NCBI GenBank assembly: GCA_040217195.1
Contig: JAVJNR010000009.1
Coordinates: 160,001-224,000, forward strand
Direction of reading: 5' to 3'
Source: Leptospiraceae bacterium
GTDB taxonomy: Bacteria; Spirochaetota; Leptospiria; Leptospirales; Leptonemataceae
Length of the DNA: 64,000 bases
This document shows positions 11,749 to 22,456 of the stretch, in pieces (within the stretch, counting starts at the first letter, position 1; every line of letters begins with the position of its first letter). A model generated the notes under the pieces. The model saw only the letters and a list, made by a program, of their open reading frames with translations, was not told the origin of the DNA and did no database searches. Both the position numbers and the translations under genes were made by a program.

Positions 11749-13815
11749 TCAGGCTGATTTCAACAAACCTTCTCGCCGCAGCAATGCATCTGGATCCGGG
11801 TCCCGCCCCCTGAAGTTACGGTATAGCTCGGCCGGGTCCTGGGTATTTCCTTTTTCCAGGATGAATCCACGAAACCTATCTGCACTTTCACGATCAAACA
11901 GACCCTTTTCTTCAAACAACTCGAATGCATCCGCTTCGAGAATCTCAGCCCATTTGTAGGAATAATATCCGGCGGAGTAGCCTCCTGCGAAGATATGACC
12001 GAAGCCAGTGGCAAAGCAGGTCCGGGGTGCATCGTCCACCAGACTGGTTTTCTCTGTGGCCTTCCTTTCGAACTGTTCCACATCTTTGATTTCATCTGCA
12101 GATGCAGTGTGAAATGCCATATCCAGAGTGGCATAGTTCAATTGGGTCATGAATCCCCAACCGGCACGAAATGTTTCAGAGGCCTGCATTTTTTCGACCA
12201 GGTCGGCAGGTATTTTTTCTCCGGATTCGTAGTGCGCGGCAAATAGGTCCAGACCCTCCTTCTTTCGAACCCAGTTTTCCATGAACTGACTTGGTAACTC
12301 CACAAAATCCCAGTATACGTTTGTGCCTGCCAGGCTGCTGTAGGTGCAGCGAGACAGCAAACCATGCAATGCATGGCCGAACTCATGGAAAAGCGTCCTG
12401 ACTTCATCATAGGAAAGCAGGGATGGACGGTCCTTGCCAGGTTTGGTAAAATTGCATACAATCCCTATGTGTGGACGTCGCACCTTGTTGCGAAAGAGCC
12501 CCTGCTCCTGAAAGGAAGTCATCCAGGCTCCGCTTTTCTTGGTTTCCCGCGGGAATAGATCTACGTAGAACAATCCCACATCCTGGCCGGCCCCATCGCT
12601 CACCTGGTAGACCTGCACCTCTGGATGATAGACCTGGATACCTTCCTGGAGTTTAAATTTAAGCCCGTACAGTTTTTCCGCGGTGGAGAATAAACCATCC
12701 ATCACCCGATTCAGAGGGAAGTATGGCCGTAGCTCTTCAGAATCGAATTTATGGATTTTCTGTTTTAGCTTTTCAGACAGAAAACGTATATCATACGGCT
12801 CCACCGATTCATAGCCCAGTTCGCCGGCGAATTCCTCCAGCTCCTTTTGCTCCTTCTTCGCAGCCGGCAGACTTGCCTCAACCAGTCGATCCAGAAAGGA
12901 TATCACATTCTGCGGACTTCTTGCCATCCTCTTTTCTAGTATGTATTCTGCATGGTTGGAGTAACCCAGCAGCCTGGAACGCTTTTCCCGTAGTCGCAGA
13001 ATATCCAGAACCACCGGCCGATTATCGGTATCTTCCGGCTGACCGTAATCAGATGCGAACTCCCCCATACCCCGGCTTCGAAATGCAAGATACATCTGCT
13101 TTCGCAGCTCACGACTTTCTGCATAGGTCATAAATGGCATGAAATCAGGGAACTGAAGTGTATAGATCCAGCCTTCCTTGCCTTCACTGGCAGCGTTGGC
13201 CGCTCCCTGCTCCACTGCCATTTCTGGCAGGCCGGCCAGATCCTTCTTATCTGTGATATGAAGCTTAAAGTGATTGGTGGCCTTTAGCAAATTCTCCGAG
13301 AACCTGGGAGCCAATGCTGCCAGCTCTTGATCGATGGAGCGAAGTTCGTCTCGCCTGGGCTCTGGCAGAGACGCTCCGTTTCGAACAAAGTCCTGGTGAG
13401 TCTCTTCCAGAAGGCGAGACTGCTCCGCATTATCCACGCCTTTTCGCGATTCATACACAGACTTGATTCGCTTAAACAAATCCTGATTCAACGTTACATC
13501 GCTAGAAAACCCCGCAAGAAACTTGGACACCTCGCCGGCAATCTTCTGTATTCCTTCGGTGGCATGGGCGCTAAATAGAACATAATAAATGGAAGCCACA
13601 TGACTGAGCTCTTCAGAGGAAGTTTCCAGGGCCTCGATTGTATTTTGAAAGTCTGGTTCTTCCGCGGATTGAACAATGGAGTTCACGTTTTGCTCCGCTT
13701 CTTTTTTGAAGTGCTCCAGCGCCGGCAGAAAGTGTTCAGCCTGCACCTCTTCAAATGGAATGGTTTCGGAGGGTCCGGTCTTTTTTTCGATCAATGGATT
13801 GTAGTTTTGCGACAT
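11749..13815 (-). CDS. M3 family metallopeptidase (peptidyl-dipeptidase Dcp/oligopeptidase A)
   Basis: HEFGH zinc motif, KKSGAWM, WDFVELPSQFMENW, GYSAGYYSYKWAE; ATG at 13815 after GAAGGA. Confidence 0.95.
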   Translation of the reverse strand: MSQNYNPLIEKKTGPSETIPFEEVQAEHFLPALEHFKKEAEQNVNSIVQSAEEPDFQNTIEALETSSEELSHVASIYYVLFSAHATEGIQKIAGEVSKFLAGFSSDVTLNQDLFKRIKSVYESRKGVDNAEQSRLLEETHQDFVRNGASLPEPRRDELRSIDQELAALAPRFSENLLKATNHFKLHITDKKDLAGLPEMAVEQGAANAASEGKEGWIYTLQFPDFMPFMTYAESRELRKQMYLAFRSRGMGEFASDYGQPEDTDNRPVVLDILRLREKRSRLLGYSNHAEYILEKRMARSPQNVISFLDRLVEASLPAAKKEQKELEEFAGELGYESVEPYDIRFLSEKLKQKIHKFDSEELRPYFPLNRVMDGLFSTAEKLYGLKFKLQEGIQVYHPEVQVYQVSDGAGQDVGLFYVDLFPRETKKSGAWMTSFQEQGLFRNKVRRPHIGIVCNFTKPGKDRPSLLSYDEVRTLFHEFGHALHGLLSRCTYSSLAGTNVYWDFVELPSQFMENWVRKKEGLDLFAAHYESGEKIPADLVEKMQASETFRAGWGFMTQLNYATLDMAFHTASADEIKDVEQFERKATEKTSLVDDAPRTCFATGFGHIFAGGYSAGYYSYKWAEILEADAFELFEEKGLFDRESADRFRGFILEKGNTQDPAELYRNFRGRDPDPDALLRREGLLKSA

Positions 13816-14158
13816 TTCCTTCAATAAAGTCTTCAGGCCACCCTCCAGGCAACCATTTCCATTCTGAAGCATGATCCTTTCAAGTAAGACGCTTGCCTGT
13901 ACGCTTTAAAGGCATTATGCTTGAGGCAGGGCAGTGCTGCATTTGCCGGGCCATGGAATTACTGAAGGTCTGATATACGGCTCAGCTCGAGCTAAAAATG
14001 TAGCAGAATCCATGGATTCCTGCGCCAAAAGGGGTGATTTTCACCCTCCGAAAAGCTCCAGATCGATGAATTAGAAGTTAGTGGCAGCCCCCGACCACCG
14101 CCTGGCGAATTAGCTACATTTTTTGGCCCGGGATAGCCGTTCGAGGTTTTTTGCGCGA

Positions 14159-14174
14159 AGGTACGGAACTTGCA
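14159..14174 (+). promoter_or_regulatory. Sigma54 (-24/-12) promoter of the ATP-grasp operon
   Basis: aGGtACGgaacTTGCA matches TGGCACG-N4-TTGCW with correct GG-N10-GC spacing. Confidence 0.6.
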
Positions 14175-14318
14175 TTTTTAATCCGGGCTACAGGGGAATA
14201 CGAGGGATTCGACTTTCATTGGCACCGACAATGGCAATCGGGGCTGCAATGAGCGACGTTAGTCAGAATTCTCCCTTGTAATCACAGGCCCCATGATATA
14301 GAAAAGGATCGGAACTCT

Positions 14319-15746
14319 ATGATGTTAAAGAACTATGCAACCGGAGCTTTTTTTGATGAAATGTTCGCCGCGGATGGAGAACCGCGACCCGGATATTTTC
14401 CTTTGAGAGATCAGATTCAATCCATGACAGAGAAAGAACTGCAGCATAGAAAGGATGAAGCAGAGCAGGCCCTGATCTCACTGGGAATTACATTTCGTGT
14501 ATACGGAGATGCCAAAGCAGAAGAAAGAATCATTCCATTTGATATTATTCCACGGGTGATCACGCGAAAGGACTGGGACCCCCTGGAAAAAGGCTTAAAG
14601 CAACGAACCACGGCCCTGAATGAATTTCTCAAAGATATTTATGGTGCCAAAAGGATCCTGGAAGATGGTGTCGTGGATCCGGATTATGTGTATTCAAGCC
14701 CCAGCTACCTCAAACAGCTAGAAGGGTTTCGACCTCCCAGAGATATCTGGATTCATGTAGGTGGTACCGACCTGGTAAGGGATGCAGAAGGCACGTTTCG
14801 AGTCCTGGAGGACAATGTTCGATGCCCATCAGGTGTTTCCTATGTCCTGGAAAACAGAGAAGTAATGAAACGCACCTTCCCGGACCTATTTCGCAGTCAC
14901 AAGATCCGCACTATCTACGATTACCCCATTCGTCTGAGAGGAGCCATGGAGTATTTAAGCGATGCAGCAGCACCCTCCTGCGTAATCCTCACCCCTGGTA
15001 TCTATAATTCCGCTTATTATGAACATTCCTTTCTGGCCCAGAAGATGGGTATACCCCTGGTAAGCGGCACAGATTTAATAGTAAGAGATTACAGAGTGTA
15101 TATGCGAACCACCCAGGGGCTAAAACCTGTGGATGTAATCTATCGTCGCATTGATGATGATTTTCTTGATCCTGAGGCATTTAATCCGGACTCCCTGCTT
15201 GGAGTTCCAGGATTATTTGAGGCCTACCGCCGAGGGAATGTAGCCTTGCTAAACGCTCCAGGGACTGGCGTTGCCGATGACAAAGTGATATACACCTTTG
15301 TGCCTGAAATGATTCGGTACTATCTGAATGAAGAACCAATTATTCCCAATGTGGACACCTATCTGTGCTCCAGACCAGACGATCTAAAATTTGTGTTAGA
15401 AAACTTGAAAGATCTAGTAGTTAAAGAAGCGAATGGAGCCGGTGGCTATGGGATGCTAATTGGGCCCAGCGCCTCAAAAGAAGAAATTGAATCCTTTCGC
15501 AAGAAAGTGCAGTCTGCGCCACGGAATTTTATAGCCCAGCCGGTACTGGGCCTGTCCAGAGTGCCCACCATGGTGGATGAAGGTATTGAAGGCCGCCATG
15601 TGGATTTGAGACCTTTTATTCTCTACGAGGAAGAAATCTACATTATGCCCGGAGGCCTGACTCGAGTGGCCCTGCCCCGAGACTCTCTTGTGGTGAACTC
15701 CTCCCAGGGCGGAGGCACAAAAGACACATGGGTAATGGGGACCTGA
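14319..15746 (+). CDS. Circularly permuted type 2 ATP-grasp protein
   Basis: PFDIIPR, LEDNVRCPSGVSY, VDVIYRRIDDDFLDP, GGLTRVAL, VNSSQGGGTKDTWV. Confidence 0.93.
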   Translation: MMLKNYATGAFFDEMFAADGEPRPGYFPLRDQIQSMTEKELQHRKDEAEQALISLGITFRVYGDAKAEERIIPFDIIPRVITRKDWDPLEKGLKQRTTALNEFLKDIYGAKRILEDGVVDPDYVYSSPSYLKQLEGFRPPRDIWIHVGGTDLVRDAEGTFRVLEDNVRCPSGVSYVLENREVMKRTFPDLFRSHKIRTIYDYPIRLRGAMEYLSDAAAPSCVILTPGIYNSAYYEHSFLAQKMGIPLVSGTDLIVRDYRVYMRTTQGLKPVDVIYRRIDDDFLDPEAFNPDSLLGVPGLFEAYRRGNVALLNAPGTGVADDKVIYTFVPEMIRYYLNEEPIIPNVDTYLCSRPDDLKFVLENLKDLVVKEANGAGGYGMLIGPSASKEEIESFRKKVQSAPRNFIAQPVLGLSRVPTMVDEGIEGRHVDLRPFILYEEEIYIMPGGLTRVALPRDSLVVNSSQGGGTKDTWVMGT

Positions 15747-16682
15747 ATGCTTAGTCGAGTGGCCGATTCCGTATACTGGATGAACCGCTATATTGAGCGG
15801 GCCGAAAACTACTGCCGCTTTATGGATGTGAATTTCCAGCTCTCCCTGGATTCACCGGAAAGCGCCAATCAGTGGGGACCCATGGTTACCACCACTGGAG
15901 ACAATGTGATCTTCGAGGAAAGATACGGAGATTACACCCGGGAAAATGTCATTCAATTTATGACATTCGACGGTGAAAATCCCAGCTCCATCTTTTCCTG
16001 TATTCGCAGGGCCAGAGAAAACGGGCGAACCATCCGGGAAAACATAAGCACCGAGTTATGGCAGATTCTAAACGAGCTGTACCTTGAAATAAAGAATCAA
16101 AGCAATATTTCGGATATGGAGCGCCTGGAACGATTCTATACCCGTGTGCGAAGAACCTGTTTGCTTTTCTATGGAACCATGGATGCCACATTGTCCCACG
16201 ATGAAGTGCATCGCTTTGCCCTCACAGGTCGTTACCTGGAACGAGCGGACAAAACCACCCGAATCCTGGACATGAAGTATTTTATTCTACTGCCCAGTGT
16301 TCAGGATGTAGGAACCACTCTGGATCTAATACAGTGGCTTTCTCTTCTAAAGTCAGCCAGTGCCCATGAGATGTTCAACCGAATCTATCAAAAGGTAACT
16401 CCCAAAAACATTGCGGAATTCTTGATTCTGAATCGAGACTTCCCCAGAGCATTGATCTACTGCCTGTCCGAACTGGATCGAAACCTTCGCTCCATTTCGG
16501 GCAACGCCGGCCGGTCCTTTTCCAATGAGGCAGAACGGAAAACCGGCATACTTCTTTCTGACCTGAACTACACAGATATTGATGCAATCTTCGATAGAGG
16601 CATGCACGAATACCTGGACTCCGTTCAAAACCGATTGAATGATATCGGTGGCCACATTGTGGAACGATATTTTGCGGTGTAG
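15747..16682 (+). CDS. Alpha-E domain protein (DUF403)
   Basis: MLSRVADSVYWMNRYIERAEN and GRYLERAD ER motifs. Confidence 0.93.
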   Translation: MLSRVADSVYWMNRYIERAENYCRFMDVNFQLSLDSPESANQWGPMVTTTGDNVIFEERYGDYTRENVIQFMTFDGENPSSIFSCIRRARENGRTIRENISTELWQILNELYLEIKNQSNISDMERLERFYTRVRRTCLLFYGTMDATLSHDEVHRFALTGRYLERADKTTRILDMKYFILLPSVQDVGTTLDLIQWLSLLKSASAHEMFNRIYQKVTPKNIAEFLILNRDFPRALIYCLSELDRNLRSISGNAGRSFSNEAERKTGILLSDLNYTDIDAIFDRGMHEYLDSVQNRLNDIGGHIVERYFAV

Positions 16683-16684
16683 CC

Positions 16685-19600
16685 ATGACCCGTGTTTCGC
16701 TCTATCATCAGACATCCTATCGCTTTGACCGGCCGGTTCAGATTCATCCACATTCGATCCGACTGAGGCCGGCTCCTCATACCAGAGCTCATATCCATTC
16801 CTATTCATTAAAAGTCAGCCCGGAGCATTTTCTCAACTGGCAGCAGGATCCAGCAGGTAATTTCCTGGCTCGAGTTGTATTTCCGGCGAATGCCTGGGAA
16901 CTGCGCATTCAGGTAGATATGGTCGTGGAGTTACGAACCGTTAACCCGTTCGATTTCTTTCTGGAGCCGGCTGCCAGTAATTTCCCCTTCGAATACCCCG
17001 AAGAACTGCTTCAGGACCTGGCCATCTACCAGAGAACCGAACTAACGGATCCGGAGTTATTGCAATGGGAAAAAGAGGTTCGTAGCCAGGTTCTAAAACC
17101 GGGGATGACCACCGTAGACATGCTTGTGGGCATCAACCAGTTTGTAGCCAGTCGAGTGGGCTACGTCATTCGCATGGAGCCAGGAATTCAGAGCTGTGGT
17201 CAGACCATCCAGTCCGGCAAAGGCTCCTGCAGAGATACTTCTTTTCTGTTAATGCATTTACTTCGCAGGTTGGGACTGGCCAGCCGCTTCTGCTCTGGCT
17301 ATCTAATTCAGCTAAAGGCTGATGAGCCTCCCAGAAAAGGTCCGGCCGGACCGGACCAGGACTTTACAGATCTGCATGCCTGGGCTGAAGTATTTCTACC
17401 CGGAGCCGGATGGGTTGGACTGGATCCCACTTCCGGACTTCTAACCGGCGAAGGGCACATACCTCTTTTTTCCGCAGCGGAACCTGCCCGGGCAGCCCCG
17501 GTTAGCGGAGCCACAGATTTCTGCGAATCCACACTGCACTTTGAAATGAAAGTGGAAAGAATTCGAGAGGCTCCACGCACAACCAGGCCCTACCAGGATC
17601 GAACGTTCCAGCATTTCCAGAAAATGGTCCCGGCTATCGATAAAAAACTAAATGAACTGGATATGCGACTGACCATAGGAGGAGAGCCTACCTTCATCGC
17701 AGACGATGATTTTGACAGCCCGGAATGGAATTTTCAGGCCATGGCTCCGGACGGAGACCAGAAAAAACGGGACTTTGCAGAGAGATTGCGAAATCGCATG
17801 GTTCATAATCTGGCTCTTCCCTCTCCTTTTCATGTTATTGGCCAGGGGAAATGGTACCCGGGAGAGCCTCTACCTCGATGGGCTTACTTCACCCACTGGA
17901 GACTGGATGGTCAACCGCTGAGCCTTCTTTATGCGGAGAGCAACGAACGAGACAAAGCCACACCGGAGCATGCAACCACCTTGCTTGAATTATTGGCCAA
18001 ACGTCTCAATCTCTCAGATGAATTTCTGAAACCTCTACATGAGGATCCTCTGGAGCAGCTTAGAAAGGAAGCGTCGCTGCCCGAGAATGCAAAGAAACTC
18101 CAGCAGCTGGAGACGTTTCATGCCCTGGAAAGGAATCGTATCCTCAAATTAATGGAGCAGGACCTGTCCGCCCCATCAGCATTTGTACTTCCCCTGGCCT
18201 TTGAGCCAGAGAGTCAACGGTGGTCGTCTTCCAGATGGGAGAGCACTCGCAGTCATTTATTTCTGCTTTCTGGAGATTCACCGGCCGGACTGAGACTACC
18301 TCTCGGATCTCTGGGCGATGAGTTTCGTAGCGTCTACCTGGAAGACCCCACAGAGCAACCAACCCATCTTCCAGACCCGGAACATCTGGCCAGAGAGCTG
18401 TCCGGATCGAAATACACTCTGAAAGAAGACGAAGGCAGGCCTCCCTTGCGAGTGGCCCTGGTTGTGGAAATTCGAAGGGATATATTGCATATATTCTTAC
18501 CACCTCCATCGTCTGTTATTTCTCATCTGGCACTTATAGCACACCTGGAAAGCTGCTTGCTTGAATTGAAAGTGGCGTACCGATTTGAGGGCCACCCTCC
18601 TCCTTCGCATCCGGCACTGAATCATCTTTCCATTACACCGGACCCTGGAGTTCTGGAAGTAAACCTTCAGCCGTCTAGCTCTCTTGACCAGGCCAATCGA
18701 ATCAGTCAGGTGTTGTATCGGTCCGCAAAAGAAGAAGGCCTTACGACTCAAAAATTCTTAATCGATGGCAGACCGGCTGCCACTGGCGGAGGTAATCACA
18801 TTACGCTGGGAGCAAGAAGCACTCTGGAAAGTCCTTTTCTGCGATTCCCATCTCTGCTGCCTGCTCTGTTAATCTACTGGCAAAAACATCCATCTCTCAG
18901 TTATCTATTTTCCGGACTATTCATTGGACCTACAAGCCAGGCTCCTCGCATCGATGAGGCCAGGATAGACACTCTGTATGATCTGGAAATCGCATTAAAG
19001 GAGCTCTATCAATACGAAAAGGATGGATGCCCGCCCTATATGATCGATCGACTGCTAAGGCATCATCTTACAGATCTTACCGGCAACACCCATAGAGCGG
19101 AGTTTTGCATCGATAAACTATTTGATCCGGGTTCCCTGGGCGGGCGACGAGGCCTGCTGGAAATGCGAGCCTTCGAAATGCCTCCTCACTGGAAGATGAG
19201 TGCCGTGCAGCAAGCACTGATAGGAGCCATTCTTTGTCTTATGAGAAAGAATCCTCCCGGGCCGTCCCTGGTTAGATGGGGACTGGACCTACGAGACCGA
19301 TTCATGATACCTCATTACATAGAGGAAGATTTGCAGGCAGTACTGATCGACCTGAAAGAGATTGGTCTGGACTTTTCCATGGAACTGTTTGAGCCTTTCT
19401 TTGAGTTTCGCTTTCCTGTGTATGGAGAAGTGCAATATCCAGGGATTCGACTGGAACTGAGGATGGGATTGGAACCCTGGAATGTTCTGGGTGAGGAAGC
19501 ACATACAGGTGGCACATCAAGAGCCGTGGACTCTGCCACAGAACGGATGCAGGCAACCCTGGAAGGGGATGCAGCCGGCCGATACCGGCTGGCCTGCAAC

Positions 19601-19978
19601 GGGTATGCAGTGCCGCTCAAAAAAGTCAGCTCAGAGAAGCGGGTGGCCGGCATTAGATTTAAAGCCTGGAATCCCGCCTCCACCATGCATCCACATATTG
19701 AACCGCATAATCCATTGACGTTCTCTGTTTATGATACCTACAACGAACGTTATGTAACTGGCTGCACCTACCATGTCTCTCATCCTGGAGGCCGCAGCTA
19801 TGAAAACCTGCCAGTAAATGCTCTAGAAGCAGAAAGCCGGCGGATTAGCCGATTCCAGTCTGGTGATTTTGGCTCATCCTCGGCCCCTGCACCTGTAGCC
19901 ATAGAGAACCGGGAGTTCCCCTGTACCCTTGATTTAAGGCTGGCCGCAAAACCGCAGGAGCAGTTGTCTGACTCCTAG
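16685..19978 (+). CDS. Transglutaminase-like protein fused to DUF2126 putative amidoligase
   Basis: GSCRD, DLHAWAEVFLPGAGWVGLDPT; GGEPTF, TPDPGVLEVN, TGGGNH, GNTHRAEFCIDK. Confidence 0.92.
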   Translation: MTRVSLYHQTSYRFDRPVQIHPHSIRLRPAPHTRAHIHSYSLKVSPEHFLNWQQDPAGNFLARVVFPANAWELRIQVDMVVELRTVNPFDFFLEPAASNFPFEYPEELLQDLAIYQRTELTDPELLQWEKEVRSQVLKPGMTTVDMLVGINQFVASRVGYVIRMEPGIQSCGQTIQSGKGSCRDTSFLLMHLLRRLGLASRFCSGYLIQLKADEPPRKGPAGPDQDFTDLHAWAEVFLPGAGWVGLDPTSGLLTGEGHIPLFSAAEPARAAPVSGATDFCESTLHFEMKVERIREAPRTTRPYQDRTFQHFQKMVPAIDKKLNELDMRLTIGGEPTFIADDDFDSPEWNFQAMAPDGDQKKRDFAERLRNRMVHNLALPSPFHVIGQGKWYPGEPLPRWAYFTHWRLDGQPLSLLYAESNERDKATPEHATTLLELLAKRLNLSDEFLKPLHEDPLEQLRKEASLPENAKKLQQLETFHALERNRILKLMEQDLSAPSAFVLPLAFEPESQRWSSSRWESTRSHLFLLSGDSPAGLRLPLGSLGDEFRSVYLEDPTEQPTHLPDPEHLARELSGSKYTLKEDEGRPPLRVALVVEIRRDILHIFLPPPSSVISHLALIAHLESCLLELKVAYRFEGHPPPSHPALNHLSITPDPGVLEVNLQPSSSLDQANRISQVLYRSAKEEGLTTQKFLIDGRPAATGGGNHITLGARSTLESPFLRFPSLLPALLIYWQKHPSLSYLFSGLFIGPTSQAPRIDEARIDTLYDLEIALKELYQYEKDGCPPYMIDRLLRHHLTDLTGNTHRAEFCIDKLFDPGSLGGRRGLLEMRAFEMPPHWKMSAVQQALIGAILCLMRKNPPGPSLVRWGLDLRDRFMIPHYIEEDLQAVLIDLKEIGLDFSMELFEPFFEFRFPVYGEVQYPGIRLELRMGLEPWNVLGEEAHTGGTSRAVDSATERMQATLEGDAAGRYRLACNGYAVPLKKVSSEKRVAGIRFKAWNPASTMHPHIEPHNPLTFSVYDTYNERYVTGCTYHVSHPGGRSYENLPVNALEAESRRISRFQSGDFGSSSAPAPVAIENREFPCTLDLRLAAKPQEQLSDS

Positions 19979-22456
19979 ATGGAAACCCTGCAAAGGCAAC
20001 TATTGTCCGGCTATCAACCGATTGCCGGGATTCACGATGAGTTTTTGCAGAACGGACAGATTCGCCCCCACTATGATTTTCTGATTTCCAGCCTGGATAG
20101 CCTGGGCAGCGAACGGCTGAATCAGCGCCGAAATGAAGCCTACCGTTTGCTTCGAGAAAACGGAGTCACCTATAGCATCTACGGCAGCCCCACCGGCGAG
20201 AATCGGACCTGGCCTCTGGATCTGATCCCGGTTATTATTCCAAGTGATGAATGGTCTCCCCTGGAAAGAGGACTGATTCAAAGAGCGGAACTGCTGGATC
20301 TGCTTCTGACTGATCTGTATAATCAAAGAACTGCCATCCAGGAAAAACAGATCCCTGCAGATCTTTTGTTTCGCTCCCGGGCTTTTTTACGCCCCTGTCA
20401 TGATCTTTACGCTCCCAGAAGCAGTGCACTTTCCTATTTTGCCACGGATGTAGGCAGGAATCCGGATGGAAGCTTTGTAGCTCTGGGCGATCGCATTCAG
20501 GCGCCCTCTGGCTCAGGCTACAGTCTGGAGAATAGAATCGTTCTTTCCAGGGTTCTACCCAGCATCTATCGAGATAGCCAGGTACATAGACTGGCAACTT
20601 ACTTTCGTACGCTACGGCGAAACATGATTCGCAGAGCACAGATTCGAAAGAAAGATCCTCTGACCATTCTTTTGAGCCCGGGACCGGCCAACGAAACCTA
20701 CTTCGAACATGCCTACCTGGCTTCATACCTGGGCTTTACCCTGGCCCAGGCAGATGACCTGACCGTGCGCGAGCAGAGGCTCTATCTGAAAACGGTAGAA
20801 GGCTTTCAGCAAGTCGATATAGTTTTTCGCCGGGTGGACGATTCCTTCCTGGATTCCCTGGAATTAAGGGGAGATTCACTTCTGGGAGTACCCGGTCTGC
20901 TGCAATGCATTCGAGCCGGCACGGTTACAGTTCTAAACCCACCAGGATGCGGTATTCTGGAGGATCGGTCCTTTCTCGCTTATTTGCCCGAGCTCAGTCG
21001 CCACTTTCTGGGCGAAGAACTTATACTTCCAAATGTAAAGACCTACTGGCTGGGCGATGAAAGCCACATGCAGCAGGTAATGAATCGAAAGGACCTGGTC
21101 ATCAAACCCTCCATCCGCAGATTGGGTGAAGAGGGCTATTTTCTGGAATACATGAGCGATTCCGATCGAGGGGAGCTATGGGCCAGGATCCAGCAAAGAC
21201 CCTATGATTACATTGCTCAAGAAGTACTATCTGGCTGTGGCTGTCCGGTCATAAACAACGGTGAGTTTATTCCGGCCCGGGGAATCTACAGAACTTTCAT
21301 AGCGGCTGCAGACTCAGGATACATTGTACTTCCAGGCGGCCTGGCACGCTTTACCATCAATCCAGAAAGTTTCATAATCACAAACCAGGCCGGTGCATTA
21401 AGCAAGGATATCTGGATTCTGGCCAGCGAGCCACAGAAAAAGGAAACCCTGCTGTCGGTATCTGCAGATACTACGGAAATCTATCGCAAAGGAATTGGGC
21501 TTCCAGGTCGAGTGGCGGACAATCTATTCTGGTTGGCCCGGTATGCAGAACGAGCGGAGAATCAATGTCGTTTTCTTCGCATGATTGTTGAGAGTTCAGA
21601 CGATGAAACCAGCACCACAGCCCTGCAAACCGAGCTTTCAGGTTTACTAACCGGACTGGCCGGCAGTGCCGGCCCGGGCTACAATCAGGACATTGTATCG
21701 TTCATGCTCGCAACCAGCAATGACAATGGCTCCATGGCCCATGACCTGCAAGCTCTGGTTCGAGCCGGACGTAGAATCCGGGATAGACTTTCAGAGGATA
21801 CTCGCAGGGTAATCTCAGGCCTGGAAAGCACTCTTGCCTCTCTGAAAGACGATGATGTAGTGGAGGCCTCCGAAGCGCTGTTTCAAATCATCCTGCTGCT
21901 TACTTCTCTCACAGGGCATTTGTCCGAGAATATGAGCCGGGAAGCCTCGTATTTCTTTCCCAGAATTGGAAAGCGCCTGGAAAGATCGCTCTTCATACTT
22001 CGTCTGGTGTATTCCATGTCCCGGTCCGGATCGCTGGGCTGGTGGGACCTTCTGGATGGTATTCTTAGAATCAACGACATCAGTATTACATACAGACGCA
22101 GATATCGCAACCGAATGGATGTTCGCAGCGTGCTGGACATTCTTCTGTTTGACCGCACCAATCCCCGTTCTTTGATCTTTCAAGTGGACGAAATGTATTC
22201 CATGACCGAGCAACTCCCAGGAGTGGAGAATTCGGACAAGAGCCGACAACGCAAGCTGGCTCTGGAGCTGTATACCAGGGTTCACCTCACAGAAATTGAA
22301 TCCCTGTTTGCACCGGATGGCACTCTTCTGGGAGAGGAACTGCAGGCTTTTTCCTTACAATGTCAGAAGCTAACCCATTCTCTCTCGGATTCAATCAGCG
22401 ATCGGTACTTCCAGTATATGGAGCAAAGCCAGCAACTGGAGGATCTGGGTGCCTGA
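19979..22456 (+). CDS. Circularly permuted ATP-grasp fused to alpha-E domain
   Basis: DRIQAPSGSGYSLENR, RRVDDSFLD, KDIWI, then RVADNLFWLARYAERAE. Confidence 0.92.
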   Translation: METLQRQLLSGYQPIAGIHDEFLQNGQIRPHYDFLISSLDSLGSERLNQRRNEAYRLLRENGVTYSIYGSPTGENRTWPLDLIPVIIPSDEWSPLERGLIQRAELLDLLLTDLYNQRTAIQEKQIPADLLFRSRAFLRPCHDLYAPRSSALSYFATDVGRNPDGSFVALGDRIQAPSGSGYSLENRIVLSRVLPSIYRDSQVHRLATYFRTLRRNMIRRAQIRKKDPLTILLSPGPANETYFEHAYLASYLGFTLAQADDLTVREQRLYLKTVEGFQQVDIVFRRVDDSFLDSLELRGDSLLGVPGLLQCIRAGTVTVLNPPGCGILEDRSFLAYLPELSRHFLGEELILPNVKTYWLGDESHMQQVMNRKDLVIKPSIRRLGEEGYFLEYMSDSDRGELWARIQQRPYDYIAQEVLSGCGCPVINNGEFIPARGIYRTFIAAADSGYIVLPGGLARFTINPESFIITNQAGALSKDIWILASEPQKKETLLSVSADTTEIYRKGIGLPGRVADNLFWLARYAERAENQCRFLRMIVESSDDETSTTALQTELSGLLTGLAGSAGPGYNQDIVSFMLATSNDNGSMAHDLQALVRAGRRIRDRLSEDTRRVISGLESTLASLKDDDVVEASEALFQIILLLTSLTGHLSENMSREASYFFPRIGKRLERSLFILRLVYSMSRSGSLGWWDLLDGILRINDISITYRRRYRNRMDVRSVLDILLFDRTNPRSLIFQVDEMYSMTEQLPGVENSDKSRQRKLALELYTRVHLTEIESLFAPDGTLLGEELQAFSLQCQKLTHSLSDSISDRYFQYMEQSQQLEDLGA

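Noticed and set aside
14021..14037. Possible NtrC box tgcgccaaaaggggtga
   Set aside because: Right half-site matches TGGTGCA poorly
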